64,000 bases of DNA from NCBI GenBank assembly GCA_963514005.1, contig OY740788.1, positions 88,288,001 to 88,352,000 on the forward strand, read 5' to 3'. The translations under genes and the position numbers were made by a program. How positions within the stretch are numbered: the first letter of the stretch is position 1; the number at the start of each line of letters is the position of its first letter. The notes beneath the pieces are model-generated. The model saw only the letters and a program-made list of their open reading frames with translations. It made no database searches and was not told the origin of the DNA. Source of the stretch: Raja brachyura (Eukaryota). Positions 13,403 through 26,689 of the stretch are shown one piece after another.

Positions 13403-16400
13403 AAAATAGTAAGATTAAACGAGAACTTACCAGTTTGAAGTTTGATCTTTATTTTATGAGGAGTTACGATGAGGGATTACGTGAAGAAGCCGCGCCAGTG
13501 CGCATGCTCGTCAATCTTCAAAGCAGCGGCGTGAAATCACAGTGACTACAGTCGAAGTGATATAGTACAAAGGACAAAGGTCAAAGGACATTTATTATCA
13601 CATACACCAATTGGTGTAGTGAAATTTGACTTGCCAATGCAGCACATGAATAAAGATAATACACAACACTAGAGTATTTAACAATAAACATAAAAAGTTT
13701 AGTAAGACTCAGAAGACTAGAACTACCAGATGATCTTTGAGATTATGAGGGTCGGGAGCGGAGGGCACGTAATCCCTCATCGTAACTCCTCATAAAATAA
13801 AGATCAAACTTCAAACTGGTAAGTTCTCGTTTAATCTTACTATTTTACTTCGGAGTCACGTGAGTGACTACGTGAATATTTCAAAGCTCTGTGATTTCAT
13901 GCCGTAGATACAGTTCCATACGACACACTGCCTTGGTTGACACAGGATATCCAAATAATGAATTGAACATTGTATAAATTATACAATGAATGTCTTAAAC
14001 AATAAAAGAACAGTAATAACCCCCCTTTCGCAGGGGAAATTACAAAGGAGAACAAACAGAACCCAAAACAGCTTGCCCAAATTTTTGCATTGTGAGGACA
14101 GGTTTGTCATAAACCCTAAAGGTTCCTTAACTGGACTATCCTGCGGTGAGGATTTGGTCCAACGGCACGTCCTGTGTCTTTGCTGTGTACGTTGACATCG
14201 CCCTGGTGGAGTGATTTAAACACATCAGTGTCTACTCCAGCATAATGCAAACCTGTTTCAGCCATCTAGAAATAGTTTGTACTGACACCTTTGTATGAGG
14301 TTTTATGTGGCTGATGACCATCGCTGTTTCAGAGCCTCTGAGACTCTTGATGACCTTGATATTATTAGCTCAGATGCGTATAGTATTCGATCAATGGGTA
14401 TATTTTAAGCTTATTTTGGTTCCAGCCATCCCTGGCCTGCTCTGATTAGATCATATGCATAAAACACAATATCATATACAGAAGAACTTCTGCAATATTT
14501 GGACCCATAGTGCTGCCACTAGCACCATGAACATGACCACTTTGAGCGTTAACTTCCGGAAAGGCAGAGATGTATTTGGAGCCCATTGCCAAAGCAGTAT
14601 GAGAACTATGCTCACATCCCAGTTTTCTAAATATGTACGTCTGGGAGGGTTTTGTTAAAATACCTCCTATGAATCGAGCCACCAATAGATGAGATCCGAC
14701 AGAGTGTTGTCCGGACCCTTGCCCTAAGTAGGAGGACAAAACACTTTGAGCACTATAAATGGCACTATAGCTTAACTGCTCGTCAAAATGCAATGTAGCC
14801 AGGAACTCCAATACATCCGGTATGCCTGCAACTTATGATAAGTTATATTTGACTGTAAACAGGACATCTCCCATTTCTTAGTATGAGATACATATTGTTT
14901 TTTAGTACTATCTCTCCAGGCCACCGTAATCACATCGACGGTCCTACTCGATAGTCCGATTCCCTGGAACAGTCCGGTTAGAAGATACAAATCAATAGAT
15001 TAATACGCTCATGTAAAGGGGAACTCTCCTCCTGTCCCAGTGTGAACCAACAAGTTGCTGTAATTGGGATAATCATGAATGCTGTGTCATCAGTCTCAGA
15101 ACCAATGGGACCATGCTGTGTGGACCAGTTTAGGAACTACCAAACGCCTAAGTGTAGTTGTACTCTATTTTGGTGAGACATTGATTAAATGAGGCAGAAA
15201 TGGGAAAAGCATAGGAACGTACGTCCGCAATGTAGCGAGAATGTATCCTCCGCTACTGCCCCTAGATCTGGTTCCCATGCCGTATATAGGTAACTGGTGA
15301 TTTAACCCAGATGCAACAGGTCTATGTCTGGCAATCCATTCCGGCTAACAATCATTTTGAATCTTTTGGATTCATCATCCATTTTTGTTTGTCATGGAAT
15401 TTACATGACCTGGTGTCTGCAACTTTTGCATTATCTCTATCTGATAGGTAGATATCTGAGACCCAGATGTTCCTTGTAATGCACCAGTGCCTGATGAGGC
15501 TAGGCGGATTGTCACAGAATAATGACCTCATTCTACCCATGTGATTGATATGCAACAGCTGTGGTATTATCAATCTGAAGCTGCACATGCAAATCATGCA
15601 TTGTTGAGCAGAATTCTTTAGCCATAGAATGTACCCAGCAATTCTATGTAGTTTACCCCATGCCTCTGCAGGGCTAATGCTTCTTTCACATTTTATCTGC
15701 CGCCCCAGCCAGACTCGATATCAGTGGCTCCTCATCCTGAAGCTCACATCAGTTTGTAAACTAAAGGTTATTGAGTCAGACTGTCTCTAGTACATCGCGA
15801 GACATTAGTTACAATTTTGACCGTAGACAAAGTACTGCCATGTTAATTAACCAATGATGAATCTCAAATAGCCAATCATTCTAAATGGTACTAATCTAAG
15901 TTTAATTAGATGGGCGAGGACCTACCATCTCAACAGGCATGTGGTAGCTGAATATTATGCATCTTTCAGATCTATGGCTGCCATATCACACCCTTTTTAT
16001 CCCAGTTACAATACTGACATTTTTATTTAAAACCTTTTATACTGGACCTTAAGGGTTAAGTATGTTTCGGCCCAGAATGACACGACACCCACCATCGTTC
16101 TTTAGGCTGGGGAAATTGGACACATTGTTAAGGCTGATATGCATCATCCACCTGTAAAGTTAGTGGTATTGAACCCCAATACCCAACTAGGTGTATTTTG
16201 TACGGGTGGATGTACTTCCGAGAATGCCTTATTCGAGATCCCCGGATACAGTCCAATATTCAATTAACCCTTCCGGATCTGAAAGGGTATGGTTTTTGAC
16301 GTGGCATCCTGGTCTCAGTTTTTGTCTCATCGTCCAGGTCTTCCCCTGGGTACTAGAGGATCTGCGCAAGGCTGTGAACCGTGGGTTGAGCATAGGCTGG

Positions 16401-17500
16401 ATAGTTATTCGTAAATATTAAACTAACAAATGGGCATTACACAGCAGTGTCCATATCCTGCTGTGTTTAGATAGTGGCCTTGCCATTTGCCCAAACGCCA
16501 TTGTTCCTGCTTCAACTAGTTTTTTAGGACTTCTGCAGCCTTAATTCATGCGCCCTCATGATGCGCTCCTTTAGAGCGATGCACAGTAACGGGTGTTTGA
16601 TTTGTGAGGTTTCTTCCATTATAAAGTCCTGGAACTGATGAGAGGCCATTAATTTGCTGGCCAGGTTGTCATCGCTGGCTTCACCAGTTCCTGCCGGTAT
16701 GGTAAATTGCTGGCGCCGCCTCTCGTAGAGGCCGGCGCTTTCACGCATGAAGCAGCCCTGTTCAAGGCGTTGCTGGCGCGGCTCCACCGTGGGCCGGCGC
16801 TTTCACGCAGGAAGCAGCCCTGTTCCAGGCGTTGCTGGCGCAGCTCCCCCGTGGGCCGGTGCTTTCACGCATGAAGCAGCCCTGTTCCAGGCGTTGCTGG
16901 CGCGGCTCCCCCGTGGGCCGGCGCTTTCACGCATGAAGCAGCCCTGTGTAGTCTCACTAATTTGATAGTGTGGACTTGTGAAGGGTGGAAAATACCCTTA
17001 TTATCGGAGAGGAACCCTTGCAGCCCGACTCACCAGAGTCCCAATAGGGCTGCACAAGTTCTCTCACCCTCCAATTTCACTCCATGCCTGGGGCAACGTG
17101 TCTGTGAGTCGCTGACCGCAGTGTCAGCGAATCTGGCATTATTTAACGGCATCCCCGCAGGCTGGAAGCCACCGACTGCTTTGTCAGCTGCTGTTATCTC
17201 TAAACCCGATCTTTGCCGGCTATCCGCTTCAGCGGTCGGACCGGGGTTCCCCCGCAGCTCATAGCCAGCTCACGCATCGGACCCCAGATAAATCCGGCAG
17301 GAAACCTCTGTGAAGAGAGGCTCCTGCTCCATCAAACAACGCTGGTAAGTAAAAGACACTTACCTTCCAGGTTGAAACTTACCGCCGGCAGGAGCGTTGC
17401 CCTGCCAGTCCGGTGCTTGCCAATGCGTCTGACGTAATGACGAGCATGCGCACTGGCGGGGCTTCTTCACGTAGCCACTCACGTGACTCCAGAGTAAAAT
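13403..17500 (-). mobile_element. DIRS1-type tyrosine-recombinase retrotransposon, full-length but decayed
   Basis: Inverted terminal repeats are present. An internal complementary region at about 13765-13876 joins copies of both termini. Gag, RT/RNase H and YR remnants are degenerate. AAAAT occurs at both junctions. Confidence 0.9.
16731..16947. repeat. 62-bp tandem repeat, about 3.5 copies, inside the DIRS gag region
   Basis: Units start at 16731, 16793, 16855 and 16917 (gccggcgctttcacgcatgaagcagccctgttccaggcgttgctggcg...). Confidence 0.9.
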
Positions 17501-18560
17501 TGAGTCTGCTGCACAAAGAAAGCTCCCGGTTAGCATTGATGTGGCCCAGTTACAGGATTCCCAGAGCCTAGCATCACTCCAGGAAAATAATTCCTGGACA
17601 AAGCAGGGTGTTAACAAGACCCCGTTGTCTGGGTCCACCCTGATGGCTCACATGGAAAAGGGGGGGATGACATTCGCATTGTTCCAGGAATGGCATACAC
17701 CAGGTATAACAGTCATAATTAAAAATAGTGCAAAAACATGTCTGGTGGGTCAACAAAATAATTCCTGGTACCTGCGATTAGGGGACACGTATATAATGCC
17801 ATGTAATGCATTCACTTATGTTCTCAGCTGGTTACTATAGATACTGGCCTTTTGGATCCTGCACTCTTTGCAGAGCATAATGATGTCGGCTGACCAATTG
17901 ACTGTACGGATTGCTACTCAATTGCCAACAGTATGGGATGGGTGCATATTGCCCTTGTTTTTCCTTATTAATTAAATTAACAATTGATGGGTGCGAATTT
18001 GAGGTAGTTCCATAAACATACCGTCTGGTGCAGTGTAAGACCTCTCCCAGTTTACACAGACCCTATCTTCCCAGTAACGGCAGTGGGGCCGTTCTAGAGA
18101 TTATAAAAGTATCAGTACGGGACTGGATACCATCCCTGTTGGGCGTTCCCTTGCTGTTGCTCTAGAGGGACGTAAGAATCATTTTGTCCTTTAATCTTAA
18201 AGTTATATACAGCAGTACAACTAGAACTAACAACACTACCACCTGCTTTTGTGTTATAGACACAGCACCCTTATTTCCCTCTTTGTTTCTCACCTGCTTC
18301 CTCCTTCTTTGGGGGTTGGTGTCTTTTCACTATCTTTATCCATTTCTTTATCAGAGATAGTTTAAAGCTTCCCCTATACGGCAAATCTCCGTTTGACCAA
18401 TCATACAGATCGCTACTACAAGTTACCACATACAGTATCGGCCATCTCCGGTCACTTTTATTACAACATCAGCTGGTGATCCCGGCGTGATGGGACAGAT
18501 GCTTCGATGTTTCACTTGTGAGAGAATCTTGACTGTGGAACATATTATAATAAATGCCCG
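17501..18560 (+). mobile_element. Continuation of the ERV relic (integrase zinc-finger remnant, possible env remnants)
   Basis: HMEKGGM...QEW..PGI...AKTCLVGQQNN resembles the integrase HHCC region and resumes right after the DIRS insertion. The 3' extent is uncertain. Confidence 0.55.
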
Positions 18561-18619
18561 GTCATTTAAAACACTAAGGTGTGTAGACATGTTTGCAGAG
18601 AGTAGTGAATTTCTGAAAT

Positions 18620-18890
18620 TGGGCGGCAGGTGGTGCAGCGGTAGAGTTACTGCCTTACAGAGGTTGCAGCGTCAGAGACCCGGGTTTGATCCCGAATGCG
18701 GGTGCTGTCTGTACAGAGTTTGCACGTTCTCCCCATTACCGTGTGGGTTTTCTCAGAGATCTGCGGTTTCCTCCCACACTCCAAAGGCGTACAGGTTTGT
18801 AGGATAATTGGCTTGGTTTAAGTATAAATTGTCCCCAGTTTATTTAGGATAGTGTTAATGTGCAGGGATCGCTGGTCGGTGCGGACTCCG
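18620..18890 (+). mobile_element. tRNA-derived V-SINE (HE1-like)
   Basis: A-box-like tggtgcagcgg, B-box-like ggtttgatccc, and the V-domain core gagtttgcacgttctcccc...ggtttcctcccaca. Confidence 0.8.
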
Positions 18891-18954
18891 TGTGCGGACG
18901 TGGCACCGACGGACGATGGGCCGAAGCAAAGAAGTCAAAGCCAAAGAATGGAAT

Positions 18955-21763
18955 GGAAACATAGAAAATAGGTGCAGGAGTAGGCCATTCGGCCCTTCAA
19001 GCCTGCACCGCCATTCAATATCATCATGGATGATCATCCAATTCAGTATCCCGTACCTGCCTTCTCTCCATACCCCCTGATCCCTTTAGCCACAAGGGCC
19101 ACATCTAACTCCCTCTTAAATATAGCCAATGAACTGGCCTCAACTACCTTCTGTGGCAGAGATTTCCACAGACTCACCACTCTCTTTGTGAAAAATGTTT
19201 TCCTGATCTCGGTCCCCTTAAGAATTTTGTAAGTTTCTATAAGATCCCCCCTCAATCCTCTAAATTCTAGCGAGTACAAGCCGAGTCTATCCAGTCTTTC
19301 TTCATATGGAAGTCCTGACATCCCAGGAATCAGTCTGGTGAACCTTCTCTGTACCCCCTCTATGGCAAGAATGTCTTCCTTCAGATTTGGAGACCAAAAC
19401 TGTACGCAATACTCCAGGTGTGGCCTCACCAAGACCCTGTACAACTGCAGTAGAATCTCCCTGCACCTATACTCAAATCCATTTGCTATGAATGCTAACA
19501 TACCATTGGCTTTCTTCACTGCCTGCTGCATCGGCATGCCTACTTTCAATGACTGGTGTACCATGACACCCAGGTCGCGCTGCATCTCCCCTTTTCCTAA
19601 TCGGCCACCATTCAGATAATAGTCTACTCTCCTCTTTTTGCCACCAAAGTGGATAACTTCACATTTATCCACATTATGCTGCATCTGCCATGCATTTGCC
19701 CACTCACCCAACCTATCCAAGTCACCTTGCCTCCTCCTAGCATCCTCCTCACAGCTAACACTGCCCCCCAGCTTTGTGTCATCCGCAAACTTGGAGATGT
19801 TGCATTCAATTCCCTCGTCCAAATCATTAATATATATATTGTAAATAGCTGGGGTCCCAGCACTGAGCCTTGCGGTACCCCACTAGTCACTGCCTGCCAT
19901 TCTGAAAAGGACCAGTTTACTCCTACTCTTTGCTTCCCGTCTGCCAGCCAGTTCTCTATCCACATCAATACTGAACCCCCAATACCGTGTGCTTTAAGTT
20001 TGTATGCTAATCTCTTATGTGGAACCTTGTCGAATGCCTTCAGAAAGTCCAGATATAACACATCCACTGGTTCTCCCTTATCCACTCTACTAGTTACATC
20101 CTCGAAAAATTCTATCAGATTTGTCAGACATGATTTACCTTTCGTAAATCCGTGCTGACTTTGTCCAATGATTTCACCACTTTCCAAATGCGCTGCTATC
20201 CCATCTTTAATAACTGACTCTAGCAGTTTCCCCACTACCGATGTTAGACTAACTGGTCTGTAATTATCGTTTTCTCTCTCCCTCCTTTTTTTAAAAAGTG
20301 GGGTTACATTAGCTACCCTCCAATCCTCAGGAACTACTCCAGAATCTAAGGAATTCTGAAAAATTATCACTAATGCATCCACTATTTCTGTGGCTACCTC
20401 CTTGAGTATTCTGGGATGCAGCCTATCTGGCCCTGGGGATTTATCGGCTTTTAATCCATTCAATTTACCCAACACAACTTCCCGGCCAACCTGGATTTCA
20501 CTAAGTTCCTCCATCTTACTTAACCCCCAGTCCCCTGCTATTTCCGGCAGATTATTTATGTCTTCCTTAGTGAAGACAGAACCAAAGTAGTTATTCAATA
20601 GGTCTGCCATGTCCTGGTTCCCCATGATCAATTCACCTGTTCCTGACTGCAAGGGACCTACATTTGTTTTAACTAATCTTTTTCTCTTCACATATCTATA
20701 AAAGCTTTTGCTGTCATTTTCTATGTTCCCTGCCAGTTTTCTTTCATAATCTATTTTCCCTTTCCTAATTAAGCCCTTTGTCCTCCTCTGCTAGACTCTG
20801 AATTTCTCCCAGTCCTCTGGTAGGCTGCTTTTTCTGGCTAATTTGTATGCTTCATCTTTTGCTTTGATACTATCCCTGATTTCCATTGTTATCCACGGAT
20901 GCACCACCTTCCCTGATTTATTATTTTGCCAAACTGGGATGAACAATTGTTGTAGTTCATCCATGCAGTCTTTAAATGCCTTCCATTGCACATCCACTGT
21001 CAACCCTTTAAGAATCACTTGCCAGTTTATCTTGGGCAATTCACGTCTCATACCCTCAAAGTTATATTTCTTTAAGTTCAGAGCCCTTGTTTCTGAATTA
21101 ATTATGTCACTCTCCATCCTAATGAAGAACTCAACCATATTATGGTCTCTCTTGCCCAAGGGGCCACGCACAACAAGACTACTAACTAACCCTTCCTCAT
21201 AACTCAGTACCCAGTCTAGAATAGCCTGCTCTCTCGTTGGTTCCTCTACATGTAGGTTTAGAAAACTATACATTCCAAGAAATCCTCTTCCTCAGCACCC
21301 CTGCCCATTTGATTCATCCAATCTATTTGTAGATTGAAGTCACCCATTTTAACTGTTTTACCTTTGTTGCACGCATTTCTTGTTTGATGCCATCCCCAAC
21401 TCCACTACTACTGTTAGGTGGCCTGTACACAACTCCCACTAGCGTTTTCTGCCCCTTAGTGTTTCGCAGCGCTACCCATATCGATTCCACATCCTCTAAG
21501 CTAATGTCCTTCCCTTCTATTGCGTTAGTCTCCTCTCTAACCAGCCACGATACTCCACCTCCTTTTCCTTTCTGTCTATCCCTCCTGAATATTGAATATC
21601 CTTGGATGTTCAGCTCCAAGCCTTGGTCACCCTGGAGCTATGACTCCGTGTTCCCAACTATATCATAGTCACTAATAGCTCTCTGCACATTCAACTCATC
21701 CACCTTATTACGAATGCTCCTTGCATTGAGACACAAAGCCTTCAGGCTTGTTTTTACAACACT
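18955..21763 (-). mobile_element. CR1 LINE, near-complete ORF2 (APE and RT), frameshifted
   Basis: ORFs 19043-21847 carry all CR1 ORF2 motifs. There is an internal deletion near 19215. Confidence 0.95.
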
Positions 21764-21765
21764 CA

Positions 21766-22130
21766 AACCAACCCAAAAGGCGGCGTCGCCTATAGGCCAA
21801 AGGACCGACTGCCGCTCAACAGAAAAGTCCAGTAACGGACTTGGCATTGCCAGGGTGCGGGACTTGTCAGAGATTGGTCCAGACTACCGCGTCCATCACA
21901 TCACTGTGAAGGCATGAACATTGCCCCAAACCTCCGCTCCACCCGACCTGCAGCCCGCGGAGGGCGGCCGTGGGAGAGTGGGGGCTGCCCCGAGGGATGC
22001 GCACCTTCGGCTTGGGTTCAGATTGCCCAGTCACATGGCTTGTGTGGGAAAATTAACCCCATGCTCACGTCACCCCCTTCTCTCTCCCCTCTTCTCTCTC
22101 TACCCCCTCTTTCTCTCCCCTCTTGCTCCA

Positions 22131-22173
<43 letters not shown>

Positions 22174-22260
22174 CTCTCTCCACCTTCTCTCTCTACCCCC
22201 CTTCTCTCTCTCTCCCCCGTCACCACCCGCGCGAGCGTCCCACAGTCACTGACCGTGATG
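21766..22260 (-). mobile_element. Partial copy of the GC-rich TIR element at 27103-27774 (opposite orientation), including (CT)n
   Basis: Reverse-complement similarity to 27160-27570. (CT)n lies at about 22131-22170. Confidence 0.7.
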
Positions 22261-22324
22261 CACCGCCATCAGACCCCAACCTCCACACCAGGGTGATTTC
22301 CCCCCCCCCGGTGTGGAGGTTGGG

Positions 22325-25300
22325 GTCATTTCATTTCATATCGGCTGCTGGAATATCCAGGGTCTCAACTCTTCAACCTTTGGGGTTGAAGACTGGGAAC
22401 CCTGAGTTCCTAAAGTCTATAGAAGACACCGATATAATGATATTAACAGAAACATGGTACGGAAAGGATACGTTCATTCACTGCCCCTCAGGGGACCATG
22501 AAGGCATGGTGCCCTCAGTACAAACTACTGATATACATAAGGGCAGAATCTCCGGGGGGGGGGGGGTCTTGGTCTGGTACAAAGAAGAACTAGACAGTTA
22601 CATTACATCAATAAAACAGGGGAAATCACATGTATGTTTGAAACTAGATAAAACATTGGAATAATTGGAAAAGATAGATATCTATGTGCCGCCTACATAC
22701 CCCCAATAGAATCGGCATATATTGAAGAGGATATATTTGAAACTCTCCACATGGAAATCAATCATTTCCAGGCCCAGGGAAATGTGCTGCTATGTGGAGA
22801 CCTGAATGCAAGGACCGGATGTGAACCCGATTCCATAGACCCACAGGGCAACAACCATGTGTTGGGTCAAACCCCCTTGTATGTCACGCCAACTATCATT
22901 AACCGGAACAACCTTGACTGTGAAATAAATAATAGTGGTAGAGAGGCAGTGCATCGCTGTCGAGCCTTGGACCTGTAGTTAATGGCAGGCTCAGAGGGGA
23001 CTCGCTGGGAAGGTTTACATATTCCTCAGCTCTTGGGTCTAGCGTGGTAGACTACGCATTTACTGACATAGACCCCTGCACTATCAGGGCATTCACCGTT
23101 AGGCAGCAGTCCCCTCTTTCAGACCATAGTCAAATCAACACGTACCTACAATTTCCTGTTCAAACTAACGACGTAAAAAAGGAACCCAGTAAGCTGTATA
23201 AACTAAATCCGACTTACAGATGGGCTTCAGATAGTGGAGATACATTCATCATGGCCCTGAACTCTCCTGATCTCACAAATAAAATACTGAAATTCAAGAC
23301 AAACCCATATGAGACTACTAGAGATGGTGTAAACATGGCTATAAATGACATGAAATGATCTTTCACAAGGCAGCTATCAAAGCTGACCTTGTGAAACAGA
23401 AGAGAAAAATTATCAAAAAACACAACAATGAAAAATGGTTCGACCATGAGTGTAAAAATGTCAGAAAAGATCTGAGGAAAATATCGAACCAAAAACAGCC
23501 TCAACCAAACAATCCAGACATGCGTATTAGATATAATGAAACTCTTAAAAGGTATAAACACACTATTAGGAACAAAAGACAAAATTACACTCAGAAAAGA
23601 CTTGAAGAAATTGAAAATTGCATAAATCAAAACCAATTTTGGGAAATGTGGAATAACGTGAGCACAACAAAACTACACACATTACCAATTCAAGACGGTG
23701 ATATCTGGAGAGCACATTTCACAAATCTATATAAAGACATCCCAATAAATAAAATCAACTCAAATTATTCTCATATCAAAGAAAAACTCCAAACACGAGA
23801 AACAATGATTAAAGATGATCAATAATATGATGAATAATCAAAACCCCTTTGATTCCCCAATTACTTTGGAAGAATTGACCAAAAAATAAAATCTCTTCAC
23901 TCAAAGAAAGCCTGTGGTCCAGACAGCATTAAAAATGAAATGCTGAAGTGCAGCACTCCGGAGATGCAGGACATAGAGCTTAGGCTGCTCAACATCACAC
24001 TACGCTCAGGCTATTTCCCTGATATTTGGTGTCAAGGGCTTATTTCACCCATTTATAAGAGTGGAAACAAATTAGACCCAAATAATTATCGCGGCATCTG
24101 TGTCAGTAGCTGCCTAGGGAAGTTATTCTGCAGTATCATAAATAACAGAATACAGGATTTCCTTAACAAATACAACATTCTCAGTAAAAACCAAATTGGC
24201 TTCCTCCCAAAACCCCGTACCACTGACCACATTTATACTCTCCACACTCTCATTGAAAAACATGTATGTACACCAAGCAAAAAAGGGAAAAATATTTGCC
24301 TGTTTTATTGACTTTGAGAAAGCATTTGACTCTATTTGGCATGAAGGGCACTATTACAAACTCCTCTGTTGTGGTACAGGAGGAAAGGTGTATGACCTCA
24401 TCAAATCAACGTACGTGAATAATAAATGTGGCGTTAAAATTGGGGACAAACGCACTGATCTCTTTGCCCAGAGAAGAGGCGTCCGGCAAGGCTGCAATCT
24501 GAGCCCGACATTGTTTAATGTATATATCAACGATTTGGCAGTAAAGTTGGACCAGAGCACAGCGCTGGGCCTCAGTCTCCTGGACGGAGAGGTCAAATCC
24601 CTGTTTTATGCGGATGACTTGGTTCTGCTGTCCACCACAGAACAGGGACTGCAGCAACAGTTGGACCTACTTGATGAGTACGGCCAACATTGGGCCCTGG
24701 CAGAAAATCTAAAGAAAACCAACATCATGATTTTTCAGAAAAGACCCAGATGTCAGGAAGATAAATACAAATTCACTCTCAATGGTATTATTATGGAACA
24801 CACTATGAGCTATACCTACCTTGGTCTAACTGTTGCAGCATCAGGGAGCTTCAATATGGCAGTGAATGCACTAAAAGAGAAAGCTCGAAGAGCTCTGATG
24901 CAATAAAAAGAAGATTCTACAACATCCAAATCCCAATTAAAATCTGGCTTAAAATATTTGCCAGTGTAATCCAGCCTATTGCACTTTATGGTAGTGAAGT
25001 ATGGAGTCCGCACAGTCACCATAGTTATAGTAAATGGGAAAAACATACAACAGAGACCCTGCATGTGGAATTTTGTCGGAACATCCTCCGTATCCAAAGG
25101 AAAACACCAACAAAGGCATGTAGGGCGGAATTAGGCCGATACCCACTGATAATAAATATCCAGAAACGAGCACTACATTTTTGGGATCACCTTAAATCTG
25201 CCCCCCCGATACCCTCCAGTTTAAAGCCCTTCAAACACAAGAGGGGAGCCCAGAAAAGGGTTCCCTGTGTCAGTTGGTACTGAGACTAACTAACTCTATT

Positions 25301-25777
25301 CTGTTAAAACCTATCCAGTTAAACCCTGACCAGCCTCAGATCAATACTGATCCCCAATCACCAGTTAGAGTGAACCAAATTATCAAACCATGTACAGAAA
25401 CGTATTTGGAACATTGGGATAAAGAAACCAAAAGCCACAGCAGATTAGAATGTTACCGTGCCCTAAAAAGAGATTATAAATGGGCAGACTATCTCTCGAC
25501 TGTTAGAGACATAAAGCAGAGACAGACCCTCACCAAATACAGGTTGAGTGACCACTATTTGGCAGTTGAACAAGGAAGACAGAAGAGATTCTGGCAACCA
25601 AGAGAAAATAGAATATGCGGCCACTGTTTGACAGATCAGGTTGAAACAGAGGTGCACTTCCTCCTAAAATGCAAAAAAAAAATTATACTTATGCATTTTA
25701 AATGTGCATGTCATTATTTATACTTTGGCAATATAACAATGTACTTTTAACATGCCAATAAAGTTTTAAAATTGAAA
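22325..25777 (+). mobile_element. RTE-X/L2-group non-LTR retrotransposon ORF2 (APE, RT, C-terminal CCHC), decayed
   Basis: WNIQG.., ILTETW, CGDLNAR, SDH, GVRQGCNLSP, YADDL and LSDH.LAVEQGR...CGHC...ETEVHFLLKC are present. The 3' end reads catgccaataaag. The exact clade is inferred. Confidence 0.85.
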
Positions 25778-26033
25778 NNNNNNNNNNNNNNNNNNNNNNN
25801 NNNNNNNNNNNNNNNNNNNNNNNNNNNNNNNNNNNNNNNNNNNNNNNNNNNNNNNNNNNNNNNNNNNNNNNNNNNNNNNNNNNNNNNNNNNNNNNNNNNN
25901 NNNNNNNNNNNNNNNNNNNNNNNNNNNNNNNNNNNNNNNNNNNNNNNNNNNNNNNNNNNNNNNNNNNNNNNNNNNNNNNNNNNNNNNNNNNNNNNNNNNN
26001 NNNNNNNNNNNNNNNNNNNNNNNNNNNNNNNNN
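25778..26033. other. Assembly gap (N run)
   Basis: Run of N. Confidence 1.
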
Positions 26034-26045
26034 GCCGATAGTGTC

Positions 26046-26215
26046 ACAAATGAAACATCCCTATCCCAGGCGCTGCTGGCGCGGCTCTCCCGTAACCCGG
26101 CGCTTTCATATATGAAGCACCCCTTGCAGGCACTGCTGGCCCAGCCTGTCCCAGCCTGCGCTAGTCCAGTGTAGGCTCACTAATTCAATTTATTCGTGTA
26201 GAGCTTCACCAGTGA
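26046..26215 (-). mobile_element. DIRS fragment related to the 62-bp repeat region
   Basis: ccaggcgctgctggcgcggct...ccggcgctttca...tgaagca and gtgtaggctcactaatt match 16731-16965. Confidence 0.6.
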
Positions 26216-26310
26216 AGGGTTAAAGCAATGTTAACCCTTCACAGCAACTGGTGCTAAGCAAAGAAAGAATTGGTGCGTTAAGAAGAGAGTGGTTTGATAT
26301 TGATCTTGTC

Positions 26311-26596
26311 TGTGGTGTCAGCTGATACACAGACCACTTATGGTCAAACCCTCGACAGCAGCAACGAGGGCTGACACGTGACGTCATGGGCTAGGGGGAG
26401 TGTCAGCTACTTGAGCTTATCTCACCTCGAGACCTAGGCTGTCAACAGGTAGCTGAGCCCGAGAGAACAGCCTCGATCAGCTACAGCAGCAATGATCATT
26501 ACGTTAGCGGACCAACTTTACATGTAACACTTGAATAAACAACTGTTTGGACCTGCCTGATGTCTGGCCTTATTCACCATGTTTGGTGCTGCTACA
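26311..26596 (+). mobile_element. Probable solo LTR (Gypsy-like)
   Basis: TGT...ACA termini, internal AATAAA at about 26534, and 4-bp flanks tgtc/tgtt (one mismatch). Confidence 0.45.
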
Positions 26597-26689
26597 TGTT
26601 GACATATTTTCCCTCAATAAATCCCATCTTCCATAGTCTGGCCACTCAATGCCTCTGCCTGTATCTTTGTAATTTGCACGACATCCTCT

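Noticed and set aside
16731-16947. Tandem repeat as a CRISPR-like array
   Set aside because: There are no unique spacers and the context is a eukaryotic retroelement.
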